This document shows, one piece after another, positions 28,029 through 37,673 of a DNA stretch of 64,000 nt. The stretch spans positions 1,216,001 to 1,280,000 of the forward strand of contig CAWBMP010000004.1 of the NCBI GenBank assembly GCA_963790025.1, given 5' to 3'. The position numbers were made by a program, and so were the translations under genes. How positions within the stretch are numbered: the stretch's first letter is position 1; each line of letters starts with the position of its first letter. The DNA comes from Nitrospirota bacterium (GTDB lineage Bacteria; Nitrospirota; Thermodesulfovibrionia; Thermodesulfovibrionales; Dissulfurispiraceae). A model generated the notes under the pieces. It worked only from the letters and a program-made list of their open reading frames with translations. It did not search any database and was not told where the DNA came from.

Positions 28029-29717
28029 ATGCGGGTGTCTATTTCTCGTGGGATCCTCCCTATCAAAGGATCGGAAGTGCCGACAGATATCATGGCCGGC
28101 CTCACGCTGGCTGCCCTTGCCATTCCGGAGGTCATGGGCTACACGAAGATCGCAGGCACTCCGGTGATCACCGGTCTTTACACAATCCTCATTCCCATGA
28201 CTCTTTTCGCGTTCTTCGGTTCATCCCGTCACCTGGTGGTGGGCGCTGACTCTGCCACTGCAGCCATTCTCGCTGGCACACTCACCGGGATGGCTGTGTC
28301 AGGGTCGGCTGAGTGGCTTGCACTGTCGGGCACCCTCGCGTTACTGTTGGCAGTTTTCCTGATCATCGCTTGTATCATTCGACTGGGGTTTCTTGCGGAT
28401 TTCCTGTCGCGCACCGTGCTGGTCGGCTTCCTGACAGGCGTCGGCGTTCAGGTCGCCGTCGGTGAGATTTCAGGCATGTTTGGTATTCCGGGGGGCGGAC
28501 ACAGTCCGGTCCACAAGATCATTATCGATCTTCAGCAGATCAACCAGATAAATTTTTACTCTTTGGCTGTCTCCATTACCGTGCTCGTGCTCATCGTCGG
28601 GTCAAAGAAGATCTCGAAAAAAATACCGGGTGCCCTGATGGCTGTGATTGGCGGCATCGCCGCCAACTCCTTGTTCAATCTTGAAGCTCACGGTGTACAT
28701 GTGCTGGGCAAAATTCCAGGAGGCCTGCCAAAGATCGGGCTGCCAGACGTCCTCTGGGAGAAGGGCCTTGTCTTGAAGTTGCTTCCGGCCGCCTTTTCGA
28801 TGTTTGTAGTCATTCTGGCCCAGAGCGCAGCTACCTCACGGGCTTACGCTTCCCGCTACAACGAGCGCGTTAGCGAAAATGTGGATTTGTTAGGTTTGGG
28901 CCTGGCCAACATAGGAGCTGCGTTATCCGGGACATTTGTAGTGAACGGAAGCCCTACCAAGACCCAGATGGTCGTCAGCGCCGGAGGACGCAGTCAGCTG
29001 GCGCAGCTTGCCACCAGCCTCATTGTCCTTCTCGTTCTGTTGTTCCTTACGGGTCCGCTGGCTAAGATGCCGAATGCCGTCCTTTCAGCAGTGGTTTTCC
29101 TGATTGGCGTCGAATTGATTGACATCAGGGGGATGAGTAATATCTGCATACAGCGCCCGTCGGAATTCTGGGTGGCGTTGATTACTGCCCTTGTGGTGAT
29201 CTTCATCGGCGTCGAGCAGGGCCTTATTCTTGCCATGGTGCTGTCACTTATGGAGCATGTGCGTCGGAGCTACCGGTCGAAAAACGACATAGTAGTGTCT
29301 GACAAGACGGGGGGCTGGCGCTTGCTGCCGGTAACTGAGCCGGAGCAAATGCGGCAGGGGCTTCTGGTGTATCGCTTTGCTCACACGATGTATTACGCTA
29401 ATGCGCAACAACTCTACGATCAGGTTGCCGACCTCTCGAACAGGGCACAGCCCCCGCTGGTCTGGTTCTGTATTGAGGCGGCGGCGGTGGCGGATGTGGA
29501 CTTCACCGCGGCATCAACCCTTCGTGATATCCACGGCATTTTGAAGAGGCAGGGGATCCGGCTTGTGTTTTGCAACGTAATCGACCTCGTCAAGGACGAG
29601 TTTGACAGATATGAGCTCACCGATCTGTTCGGTAATGACGCCTTCTACGGGAGCATCAATTCAGTAATAAGCGCATATGACAAGAGGTCGGATGGCTGCG
29701 AAGACAGAAAATTATAG
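28029..29717 (+). CDS. SulP/SLC26 anion transporter with STAS domain
   Basis: DIMAGLTLAALAIPEVMGY, GLYT, GSSRHL, YYANA, DVDFTA. Confidence 0.95.
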   Translation: MRVSISRGILPIKGSEVPTDIMAGLTLAALAIPEVMGYTKIAGTPVITGLYTILIPMTLFAFFGSSRHLVVGADSATAAILAGTLTGMAVSGSAEWLALSGTLALLLAVFLIIACIIRLGFLADFLSRTVLVGFLTGVGVQVAVGEISGMFGIPGGGHSPVHKIIIDLQQINQINFYSLAVSITVLVLIVGSKKISKKIPGALMAVIGGIAANSLFNLEAHGVHVLGKIPGGLPKIGLPDVLWEKGLVLKLLPAAFSMFVVILAQSAATSRAYASRYNERVSENVDLLGLGLANIGAALSGTFVVNGSPTKTQMVVSAGGRSQLAQLATSLIVLLVLLFLTGPLAKMPNAVLSAVVFLIGVELIDIRGMSNICIQRPSEFWVALITALVVIFIGVEQGLILAMVLSLMEHVRRSYRSKNDIVVSDKTGGWRLLPVTEPEQMRQGLLVYRFAHTMYYANAQQLYDQVADLSNRAQPPLVWFCIEAAAVADVDFTAASTLRDIHGILKRQGIRLVFCNVIDLVKDEFDRYELTDLFGNDAFYGSINSVISAYDKRSDGCEDRKL

Positions 29718-29907
29718 GATAAACTAGAGGAGACAAGAATTGAGCAGTCACTATTCTTGTGCATTATGTGCCATGCCCCTTACGTATTGACTTCTATTAT
29801 GGTCCGACGGTTTATGCTTTTATTTTTCAGACAAGCATGTATATGACTGTGCCCACTCGTTCGTCACGAGCGAAAGAGAGCGACGAACATAAGATGGCCG
29901 CCTGTAT

Positions 29908-30684
29908 TTACTGGACAGGGATCTGCTGAGGTTTTTCGATTTTCGTCCAGTACGCCTCCTTGATCTTCCCGGCCAGCATATCGATGTCGGCAGGCTTGTT
30001 GACGAAATCAAAGGCGCCGAGCTTTGCCGCCTCCTCCCTGTCGCCCTTGGTCTCCCTTCCAGAGAGCATGATAACCTGCATGGCGGGGGAGGATTGTTTT
30101 ACCCTCCTCAGCACCTCAATTCCATCCATCCCCGGCATTCTCAAATCCAGGATCATGATGTCCGGCTTCTCTCTTTGGACAAAACCAATCGTCTCCTCTC
30201 CGCTCGTCGCAACATCTGTCTTCAGGTTCCTCAGGTTCAGCCTCTTTGCAAGAGAGGTCACAAATTCGACCTCGTCATCGACAAGAAGAATCTTGAAGGT
30301 CGAGAAATCGCTTGGGACAATGGAGACACGGCACGGAGCGCGCCTCCCGATTTCTGCATACTTTTCAGGAATGAGGATCATCTCGATCCTATTTTCCTTT
30401 GCGTACTTGACAAACTCTTCCTCGGGAATGCCATCCATGGTGGTGAAGCTCACTCTTATCCCTTTCCCCACTTCAGCAATGATCTTCTCCGCTTCAGACA
30501 GGTAATAGGAAAGCTCACGTCGTGCGGTTTCCTCAGCGTTGGACCCTGCATACTCTGCAATAAGGGCACTGTTGAGCACATGAATGACGTGAAGCTCACC
30601 GCCCGTCGTCTTCGCCCTGAACAATCCATACCTCACAACGTCCTTCGAATTCAACGTGCCATCATAGACCGCCAATATCCTCAT
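29908..30684 (-). CDS. Universal stress protein-response regulator receiver fusion
   Basis: N-terminal ILAVYDG...APCRV (USP) plus C-terminal ILLVDDE...LDLRMPG...NKPAD (REC). Confidence 0.88.
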   Translation of the reverse strand: MRILAVYDGTLNSKDVVRYGLFRAKTTGGELHVIHVLNSALIAEYAGSNAEETARRELSYYLSEAEKIIAEVGKGIRVSFTTMDGIPEEEFVKYAKENRIEMILIPEKYAEIGRRAPCRVSIVPSDFSTFKILLVDDEVEFVTSLAKRLNLRNLKTDVATSGEETIGFVQREKPDIMILDLRMPGMDGIEVLRRVKQSSPAMQVIMLSGRETKGDREEAAKLGAFDFVNKPADIDMLAGKIKEAYWTKIEKPQQIPVQ

Positions 30685-30778
30685 GTCAACCTCCTTTAAA
30701 CGCCGTTATATGCCAAATACAAGCACTTCTTTATGAAAACAGCAATTGATTTAGCTTAAAAGCTCTCATTCTTTTCTT

Positions 30779-31444
30779 TTAAATGGCGGCTCCGGTATTG
30801 AGAATAATCACCGCTTCGCCATTTGCGCCCTGTTGGTCAAGGGTCCCGAACAGTTCCCTGCATACTTCGTTGATCGCTTCGACCCTATGATAATCTCCCT
30901 GTCCTGACAACTCCTTCATAGTTCCGTTCGGGACGATCGCAATTCTTATAGTATTATTTGCAGATGAGGTCCTCACGGTAATAGAGCCGCCTTTTTCGAA
31001 ACAATCCATCATCTCTTCAATAATAAAGAAGATGAGCAACTGAAGCATGGACGGGTTGCTGTGAATTAATGATATGTCCCGTTCGAAATCTTTCGTGAAC
31101 TCGACCCTTTTTTGGTAGGCATGTCTCGCCATCAAGGCAACAAGCTCCTCGACAATCTCGTTCACGCTAAAGGAAGAGCATTCGGAGTCCATCCTGTGGG
31201 CAAACCGGTTAAGGAAACCGATCAACTGAAGACCCCTCTCGATCTGGGAGTCGACCGATCGGAGGAACTTGTGAAGTTCGGCAATATCAGGCTTCTTGCT
31301 CATGGAGAGCAAGTCCTGCTGCAGACCGCCCGACTCCTTGATGATTGCAAGATGATTTTTTAATTCATGAGTGAATCCCGCAATGATCCTCCCGATGAAC
31401 CTGAACCGCAACTCCCTCATGCCGGCCGGGCCGTTGTCTCCCAT
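30779..31444 (-). CDS. Sensorless histidine-kinase-like protein (HisKA with degenerate ATPase domain)
   Basis: THELKNHLAIIKE; N/G boxes degenerate. Confidence 0.8.
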   Translation of the reverse strand: MGDNGPAGMRELRFRFIGRIIAGFTHELKNHLAIIKESGGLQQDLLSMSKKPDIAELHKFLRSVDSQIERGLQLIGFLNRFAHRMDSECSSFSVNEIVEELVALMARHAYQKRVEFTKDFERDISLIHSNPSMLQLLIFFIIEEMMDCFEKGGSITVRTSSANNTIRIAIVPNGTMKELSGQGDYHRVEAINEVCRELFGTLDQQGANGEAVIILNTGAAI

Positions 31445-31827
31445 TAGACCTCCTTTTCGGATTTATTGCTCTTTGCGTTGTCGATCTTCACTACAAGGTT
31501 CTCAATGTCCACTGGCTTCATGATGCAGTCGAACGCCCCGCTCTCCATCCCCTCGGTGCTTTCCTCGGAGGCCCCGAGCCCAGTCAGCATAATGACTTGG
31601 ATGGATGGGTTGAATTGCTTGATCGTTTTGAGCGCCTCGATGCCGCTCGTGCCCGGCATTCTCAAGTCGAGGAGCATGACATCCGGAGGATCGTTCCTCG
31701 AAAAGGAAATGGCGTCCTCAGCGCAATAGACCGACTTTGCATTGTATCCCCTTATTTGCAGACGTTCCGCAAGCGTTGAAGCGAATTCCATCTCATCATC
31801 AACAATAAGCACCTTTGTCTGCACCAT
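31444..31827 (-). CDS. Single-domain response regulator
   Basis: VLIVDDE, LDLRMPG, MKPVD. Confidence 0.93.
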   Translation of the reverse strand: MVQTKVLIVDDEMEFASTLAERLQIRGYNAKSVYCAEDAISFSRNDPPDVMLLDLRMPGTSGIEALKTIKQFNPSIQVIMLTGLGASEESTEGMESGAFDCIMKPVDIENLVVKIDNAKSNKSEKEV

Positions 31828-31838
31828 AAAACCTCCGT

Positions 31839-33608
31839 TTACCCAATCTCCTTGTGGACGGGTATCTCAATCAAAAACAATGTTCCCTTCCCCTCCTCGG
31901 TCTCCACTGTTATCGTCCCCCCGAGTCTGGTTATGATGCCGTAGGATATGGAGAGACCGAGACCCGTCCCTTTTCCTTTCTCTTTTGTCGTGTAGAATGG
32001 CTCGAATATATGCTTCAGTACATCCCTGGGCATACCGGGACCATCATCTTTTATGGTGACGCGTACTGTATCTTTGTCCTTAAGCTCGGTCCCTACGTCA
32101 ATCAGCCCTCCGTTTTTAACGGCGTCAACGGCATTGTTGATAATATTCAGAAACACCTGCTGGAGCTGTCCCTTATCGCTCAGCACCAGCGGAATGTTAT
32201 CTCCGAGATGCACGTAAAGGCGGACATTTCTATATAGCATCTCCCGCTCGACGAACCCCAGGACCTCCGTTATCGTTTCATTGATATCAGTCTCCATCGG
32301 TGTAACGTCCATCCTCCTGGCAAATCCCAGGAGGCGATGGGTGATCGTTCTGCAGCGGTTCAGACTGTCGGAAATCCCTTTTATCTGAGCAATGAAATTC
32401 TCCTTGTTGGGAAAGTCCCCTGACATCCCGAGGATATCTTTCATAAGTCCTGCTTTCTCATTGATGATCGCCAGAGGGTTGTTGATCTCATGCGCAACGC
32501 CGGCTGCAAGCCTACCGATTGACGCGAGCTTCCCGGCGTGCTCTGTCTCGGCGATCGCTTCCTCCCTCTTTTGCTCCGCCTCCCTGATCCAGTTCACCGC
32601 GGTGAAGGATATGCGCAGGTTTACGATGATACCGATCACGATGAGCGCCCCGATAAGATAAATCACCCCGAGCCCGCTTCGGAAAATTCCGAAGAGCTTT
32701 GAATATGCCGTCGACTTTATGACGACGCCCAGGAACCATGGGGAGTTCCGTATCGGGGCATACCCCAGGATGAAGCGGCTCTGATCGGCCACTATCATTT
32801 CGGTAAGAAAAACCCGCTGTTGGGGTACCGGCATAGGCAGAACGACCTTTTCAAGCACGCGGCCATGGGACCGCGAAGGGGTTTGAAGGGTCCCTTCCCG
32901 ATTGATAATGAACGCATCGTCGTCCTGCTTGATATTGATTGTCGACAAATACCTGTGCAGCGTCTCAATATCGATCGTGGCCCTCAGAATCCAGAAAGTA
33001 TCTTTCCCGGGGATCTCTCTCCGTACCGCTATCGCGAAATGAGGGATCTTACGATATCCCATGAAGACTTCGCTGATGTAGACCCCCCTCACCGTAGCCT
33101 CATTAAACCAGTCCTGGCCTGAATAATCTTTCCCCTGGAGCTGGTACGGGCCTGCATACGAGCGCTGGATACCTTTTGCATCGATTACTCCGAGGTCGAC
33201 AAGCTCTCCGAATTCATTCTTGAAATTGACAAACAGGGAATAAAGCACTTTCTTATCGGACACCTGGTCGTAGGTGTAGGTCGCCGAAAGGAACCGAAGG
33301 ACAGCGAGTTTCTCTTCCAGGAGGAACCCTACGGATTGTGAGGTGCTCTCCAGCTGCCACTTAACCTGATTGTTGATGTCTTCTTTCACATTGTTTTTCA
33401 GCCAGAGAAAACTGGCGATTGTGACGATGATGAGCGGGACGCCGGCGAGCATACCGATGAGCAGAAATATCTTGATCTTGAGGCTTTTGTACGTGTCTTT
33501 CGTCAGGAGCGAGGTGGGTTTGTCGCCCATATCGCGAAAGCGAAAGACTTTACAACAACCGACAACCCATTCCTTTATTTTTCCTGCAAACTGACGGGGC
33601 TTCGACAT
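31839..33608 (-). CDS. Cache-domain sensor histidine kinase (NtrB-like)
   Basis: AGVAHEINNPL, NIINNAVDA, DDGPG, GTGLGL. Confidence 0.93.
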   Translation of the reverse strand: MSKPRQFAGKIKEWVVGCCKVFRFRDMGDKPTSLLTKDTYKSLKIKIFLLIGMLAGVPLIIVTIASFLWLKNNVKEDINNQVKWQLESTSQSVGFLLEEKLAVLRFLSATYTYDQVSDKKVLYSLFVNFKNEFGELVDLGVIDAKGIQRSYAGPYQLQGKDYSGQDWFNEATVRGVYISEVFMGYRKIPHFAIAVRREIPGKDTFWILRATIDIETLHRYLSTINIKQDDDAFIINREGTLQTPSRSHGRVLEKVVLPMPVPQQRVFLTEMIVADQSRFILGYAPIRNSPWFLGVVIKSTAYSKLFGIFRSGLGVIYLIGALIVIGIIVNLRISFTAVNWIREAEQKREEAIAETEHAGKLASIGRLAAGVAHEINNPLAIINEKAGLMKDILGMSGDFPNKENFIAQIKGISDSLNRCRTITHRLLGFARRMDVTPMETDINETITEVLGFVEREMLYRNVRLYVHLGDNIPLVLSDKGQLQQVFLNIINNAVDAVKNGGLIDVGTELKDKDTVRVTIKDDGPGMPRDVLKHIFEPFYTTKEKGKGTGLGLSISYGIITRLGGTITVETEEGKGTLFLIEIPVHKEIG

Positions 33609-33743
33609 AGTCCTCTCTCGTCGGTATCGCCTGAACTACTGCATTCCTCCGCAAAAGCTGATTCGAGGCAAACGGCGTCTACTCGACATTCGACAAACCG
33701 GGATCAACGTTTATGTTGTAACACATTTCGTAGCAAAACGCAA

Positions 33744-33766
33744 TGGCGCAAGCTAATCATGCGCCA
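33744..33766 (-). promoter_or_regulatory. Possible sigma54 promoter / palindromic site
   Basis: Minus strand TGGCGCATGATTAGCT (GG-N10-GC) within TGGCGCA-N9-TGCGCCA. Confidence 0.4.
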
Positions 33767-34005
33767 ACATGTTATGAACAGCTTTTTGAGATCATACGTT
33801 ACAATTTTCAATGACACTGTTTCAAGTTTCATCCTGATTGCTTTTTTTACAGGTGTTAAAGTAGTATGTTATAAAAGAATTATATATAATATTCAGTAAA
33901 GAAGAATGATCGGCGGACATCAGAAACGCGAGAGTATCGTTATTTTTAAAATAAGGCGCTTTACAATACAGCAAATAGTGCAAAACTCGTTTCAGGGAGG
34001 TTCGC

Positions 34006-34464
34006 GTGAAGAAACATAAAGACATAAAAGTGCTGCTGGTCGATGATGAAGTTGACTTTGTAAATACCCTTGCCCAGCGGCTGAAAATCAGGGACCTGAA
34101 TGTCAGTTGCGTGTATGACGGGGAACAGGGTCTTTCGAGGGTAAAAAAAGAGGAGCCCGATGTCCTTGTGCTCGACCTGAAGATGCCCGGACTCCAAGGC
34201 ATGGATGTGCTTCGTGAGGTGAGAAAAACAAATCCCAATATGCAGGTCATCATCCTTACCGGTCACGGGACCGAGAAGGACGAAGAGGAAGCCAGGAGGC
34301 TTGGAGGGTTCGATTTCCTCAGTAAACCGGCCGATATCGACCTCCTGATGATCAAGATCAAGGAGGCATACTCCGAAAAGATTGAGAGGGCGATGACCGC
34401 CATCACCTTCGCTGAAGAAGGAATTTTCGACACCGCTCGCAAAATAATGAAAAAAGAAGAATAA
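34006..34464 (+). CDS. Response regulator receiver protein
   Basis: VLLVDDE, LDLKMPG, LTGHG, SKPAD; tail AITFAEEG. Confidence 0.92.
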   Translation: MKKHKDIKVLLVDDEVDFVNTLAQRLKIRDLNVSCVYDGEQGLSRVKKEEPDVLVLDLKMPGLQGMDVLREVRKTNPNMQVIILTGHGTEKDEEEARRLGGFDFLSKPADIDLLMIKIKEAYSEKIERAMTAITFAEEGIFDTARKIMKKEE

Positions 34465-34508
34465 ACGACTGGCCCTCTAAAATAGGGGGTTAATGGCTGA
34501 AAAACTGA

Positions 34509-36008
34509 TCAGGGGAACAGCTTTACCTGGTCTTTTCTCAGCTGAGAAAAGTTCTCTTTCGGAAAATGGAAAAGGGGTTTAAAAATCCTGTTCATCAGGG
34601 TGAATAACTGGCGACACTTGTAAGCGTCATGATGGGAGTCTCCCCTTAGTTCAGACGCTTGCCAGCTCTGCTCGTCGGTTATGCGCAATTCAACCACCAG
34701 AGTGTGCTGTTGGCTTTCCTTGCTGAGCCGGTCTCTTTTCAGGTATAAAGGCGTCCCCGGAACAATGACTTTACCCGTGCCCACTGTGCGGTGGATCGGC
34801 AGGGAGAAATTTATTTTGCACTGGAACTTTCTGTGGCCCAAAGAAGAATGCAGGTTCTTTGCAGCATTAACACTCAGGGCCTTAAAGAATTGTTTTGCAT
34901 TGGCAAGCAGCTTATTTTTCCGGGGTATTTCATTGCTGCCTTCGCTTAGGGAAAGACTGACCATCAGTCGACGTACGGCTTCCATCATACTCTCCGGATT
35001 ATCGAACAATGTCTGGGTTATGGATTGGGAGACCGTATTTTCCTGTAATATGACGCCCCTCTTCTGCAAAGCATGAAAAAGCTTGAGCGTATCATCCTTG
35101 CTCCTCAGGATAAAGGTGATGGCAAGGATGTCCCTGATATCATGGACTTCCCCGTCTACATCCTTTCCAAGCTTGGTAAACATACTTTCCGGACTCTTTA
35201 GCCTGGCTTTAATGTCAGAGATATCGACCTTAACGCCGTCACCGCTGTTGAAGACCAAACATCTCTTTGCCGTATCAAACACCACTGATTCTTTTAGTTT
35301 GTGAAAAAAAGTGGAAATCTTGACAAAGGCCCTCTGGGCGGATGCCCCGTCAGGGAGGAAGCCAGGATTTTCCCAGTTGTAATTATACAAGTCGTCAAGA
35401 TTTTGGCCCTTCATTTCCAGAAAGAACCCAAGCTGCGCATAATCGTTGATGTCCTGGCTGTCCTCCTCGATTGACTTGATCAAGTGGCCCATCTTGAGAA
35501 TAGCACAGGCAATCTGTTGCCACCCGGATGGGACTTTGATGTTCCTGCCCTTGTAACCATAAAAAACATCAGGATATTTTCTAGATGAGGCGAGAAGAAA
35601 AAGATGGCGCACATCATCATCGATTATATTTCGGAACTCCGTATTCGTCAAAATCTCTTCTGCCCTTCCGATAGTCGTGAGGCAATGACGATAAAGACCG
35701 GAGTTCCGCGACTTCACACTGAGCAGCCTCTTAAGCTGGTACTTTACAAACGGGAACAGCCATTCTAAAAAATACTTGTTAACACGTTCAACGTACTTGT
35801 GCGCCCTTTCTCTCTCACTTCCCTGTAATTCGTCCTTGCCAAGGGTATCAAACCCCCGGTTGCCCATCATTTTGGTCGCCTGTTTCAGGGCCGTTTCATA
35901 ATCTCTGGCGTGTAATAATAAATATGGGGTCATTTCGGTCCTATCCAGGATAGAACCGAAAATGTCGTGATAAAGTTCCTGCCTTGTTGATATTTGTCTC
36001 ATCGACAT
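34509..36008 (-). CDS. RelA/SpoT-synthetase-fold nucleotidyltransferase (TIGR04552-like)
   Basis: RLKSPESMFTKL, DIRDILAITF, VELRI, GDSHHDAYKCRQ. Confidence 0.65.
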   Translation of the reverse strand: MSMRQISTRQELYHDIFGSILDRTEMTPYLLLHARDYETALKQATKMMGNRGFDTLGKDELQGSERERAHKYVERVNKYFLEWLFPFVKYQLKRLLSVKSRNSGLYRHCLTTIGRAEEILTNTEFRNIIDDDVRHLFLLASSRKYPDVFYGYKGRNIKVPSGWQQIACAILKMGHLIKSIEEDSQDINDYAQLGFFLEMKGQNLDDLYNYNWENPGFLPDGASAQRAFVKISTFFHKLKESVVFDTAKRCLVFNSGDGVKVDISDIKARLKSPESMFTKLGKDVDGEVHDIRDILAITFILRSKDDTLKLFHALQKRGVILQENTVSQSITQTLFDNPESMMEAVRRLMVSLSLSEGSNEIPRKNKLLANAKQFFKALSVNAAKNLHSSLGHRKFQCKINFSLPIHRTVGTGKVIVPGTPLYLKRDRLSKESQQHTLVVELRITDEQSWQASELRGDSHHDAYKCRQLFTLMNRIFKPLFHFPKENFSQLRKDQVKLFP

Positions 36009-36024
36009 CCTCGGGGCAAATACT

Positions 36025-36597
36025 TTATTGCAGCTTCTTAAGGAGCCATCCCATATTTTCTCCGAGCGCCTTCATGGTCTGAAGTCCTTCCTCATCTTTC
36101 TCAACCTCACCTATCTCCCTGCCGAACGCCAGATTCCAGTAACTCGACCCGGGGACAACCATCTGGCTGATGAGAAAAAAATGGTTGAGTGTATCGAAGG
36201 CGTGGATGCTTCCGGCCCTGCGGGCCACGACCACTGCCGCACCGGCTTTACGCCTGTACAGATCGCCGTTGGCCCTCGCAACCATTCCCGCCCTGTCAAC
36301 AAGCGCCTTCAACTCGCTCGTGATATCGGCAAAATAAGTAGGAGAGGCCAAAATAATACCATCGGCCCCGACCATCATATCAATGCATTCGTTGATAATA
36401 TCATCTTTGACTGCGCAATGTTTATCCTTGTTGCTCCAGCATTTGTAGCAGGCAATGCACCCATGGACCTTCTTGCCTGCAAGCTGCATCATCTCTGTAT
36501 CGATCCCTTCCTTCTCCAACTCTTTAAACACTTGCCTGACAAGAATTGCGGTATTGCCATCTTTACGGGCGCTCCCGTTGAATGCCACTACTTTCAT
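36025..36597 (-). CDS. Iron-sulfur flavoprotein (flavodoxin family)
   Basis: FNGSARKDGNT, CIACYKC...C, ASPTYF. Start ATG 36597 with SD AAGGAGG. Confidence 0.9.
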   Translation of the reverse strand: MKVVAFNGSARKDGNTAILVRQVFKELEKEGIDTEMMQLAGKKVHGCIACYKCWSNKDKHCAVKDDIINECIDMMVGADGIILASPTYFADITSELKALVDRAGMVARANGDLYRRKAGAAVVVARRAGSIHAFDTLNHFFLISQMVVPGSSYWNLAFGREIGEVEKDEEGLQTMKALGENMGWLLKKLQ

Positions 36598-36764
36598 GGT
36601 GTCCTCCTTTACAAAAAAATTAACCATAGAGAAACATAGATAAAACAGGGCATAATAAAAAAACCTCTAAAAGCCTTCCCCTATTTCACATGCCGTTATC
36701 TTTTTTCTCTGTGCCTCCGTGTCTGGCCTAAGGTCCGTAATGTTGGTTGTGGTTGCCTATCACC

Positions 36765-37673
36765 TCATGAGGAAAGCAGAAATTCAAGGAGTGCTTTTGC
36801 GGTGTGCAATCTGTTTTCAGCCTGATCAAACACAGCGCTCTTCGGCCCGTCAATGATCTCGTCTGTTATCTCCTGTCCTCTGTGTGCCGGGAGACAGTGC
36901 AGAACAATGGCGTCTTTTTTTGCGCCGCTGAGCAAAGCGCTGTTTATCTGGTAATCGGCAAGATAAGATTTTTTATTTTCCGCCTCTTTTTCCTGCCCCA
37001 TGCTTACCCAAACATCAGTATAAACAACATCTGCATTGGCGACAGCTTCGCGGGGGTCCGTGACGATGGTTATTGTCCCTTCAGATCTGCTTCGCGCCGT
37101 TTGGAGAATCCCGTGGTCAGGTTCGCAGCATTCGGGACAGGCTATTACCAGATCGATACCCATGAGGGCCGCTGCTTCAATAAGCGAGTTGGCGACATTA
37201 TTGCCGTCTCCTATATACGCCATGCGTATACCTTTCAGGGCGCCTTTCTTTTCCGAAATTGTCATAAGATCGGCAAGTGCCTGGCATGGGTGATGAAGGT
37301 CCGAGAGGCCATTGATCACCGGTACCGATGCAAACGATACAAACTCCTCGATTGATAAATGTGTATTTGTCCGGAGAACAACAGCACTGAGATAACGGGA
37401 CAGGACGCGTGCAGTATCGGCAATAGTTTCGCCTCTGCCGAGCTGTATTTCTCTCGGGTTGAGATATAGCGACTGTCCTCCTAACTGGTAAATACCGACT
37501 TCAAACGATACCCTTGTACGGGTCGAAGGTTTCTCAAAAAATAAGCCGACGCTTTTGCCGATTAGCGGGCATTTATGAGCGTCAGCACCGGATTTCAGGC
37601 CCAGCGCCCTTTTCAGCAGGTGTTCGGCATCATTTTTTGTGAGGTCATGTATGGCAAGAAAATCGCGCTTCAT
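36765..37673 (-). CDS. argF: Ornithine carbamoyltransferase
   Basis: STRTR, HPCQALAD, HCLPAHRG, QAENR. Confidence 0.97.
   Translation of the reverse strand: MKRDFLAIHDLTKNDAEHLLKRALGLKSGADAHKCPLIGKSVGLFFEKPSTRTRVSFEVGIYQLGGQSLYLNPREIQLGRGETIADTARVLSRYLSAVVLRTNTHLSIEEFVSFASVPVINGLSDLHHPCQALADLMTISEKKGALKGIRMAYIGDGNNVANSLIEAAALMGIDLVIACPECCEPDHGILQTARSRSEGTITIVTDPREAVANADVVYTDVWVSMGQEKEAENKKSYLADYQINSALLSGAKKDAIVLHCLPAHRGQEITDEIIDGPKSAVFDQAENRLHTAKALLEFLLSS

Noticed and set aside
36640..36760. c-di-GMP-I riboswitch-like words (GGCCTAAGG...GGTTGCC)
   Set aside because: The GCAAAC/GACGCAAAG core is absent and the orientation is wrong for the flanking genes.
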